A DNA stretch of 64,000 nt, taken from assembly GCA_050084985.1 (NCBI GenBank), contig JBITNC010000001.1, positions 41,106,001 to 41,170,000 on the forward strand, in the 5' to 3' direction. The position numbers and the translations under genes were made by a program. Shown here in pieces: positions 63,771-64,000 of this stretch. Origin of the DNA: Nageia nagi (lineage: Eukaryota; Plantae; Pinophyta). Positions within the stretch are counted from its first letter, which is position 1. Every line of letters begins with the position of its first letter. Under the pieces are notes generated by a model. It was not told the DNA's origin and searched no databases. It saw nothing but the letters and a program-made list of their open reading frames with translations.

Positions 63771-64000
63771 TTTCATAACCATTCCGGCCAAGACTCTTTT
63801 TGTTTGGGGTTGATTAGGGAATTTTTTTTTGATTGCCTTTAATTGCCTCAATTTGTGTTTGTTCGCTTATGTTGAATTTGTCTTCAATATTATTTCTCTT
63901 TGCCTTTGAATTTATTTGCTTTCAATTTTAAAATTTCGTTGCTTTCCAATTTTTTAAAATTTAATTGTTTGCCTTTAGTATTTAAAATAGTTAATAGGGT

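Noticed and set aside
63386-63778. 130-aa plus-strand ORF
   Set aside because: It is the antisense shadow of the minus-strand gypsy gag remnant.
37154-64000. Final VTI1 exon
   Set aside because: No acceptor followed by an LHGVDD-like sequence and TM helix was found by eye. cttcatggtggg near 50516 is within the hAT/gypsy junction and does not continue as SNARE.

Overview
Eukaryotic plant genomic DNA, AT-rich and mostly transposable elements. The giant TE-filled introns and the LTR families suggest a large-genome gymnosperm (inference). There is one host gene, a VTI1-type Qb-SNARE on the + strand. Four short exons (24671-24764, 36102-36160, 36305-36487, 36983-37153) splice in frame to 169 aa. 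Intron 1 is 11.3 kb, and intron 4 is over 26.8 kb because the final transmembrane exon was not found in the window. Upstream lie a full-length but disabled Sirevirus/Maximus-type Ty1/copia element (693-9911, minus, TSD ATTCA) sitting in an old repeat with a plant-mobile-domain remnant nearby, then two L1 LINE relics and a hairpin MITE next to the promoter. Intron 1 holds a copia element nested in a short-LTR gag-only element. Intron 4 holds three solo LTRs, a decayed hAT transposon split by insertions, two related gag+protease-only gypsy elements whose pol region is replaced by tandem repeats, and an inverted pair of LTR-less gypsy copies. Nothing here can be confirmed as a new system from sequence alone. 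The best leads are the pol-less repeat-carrying gypsy lineage, a tRNA-Asp-like B-box just upstream of the VTI1 ATG, and the intronic inverted repeat.
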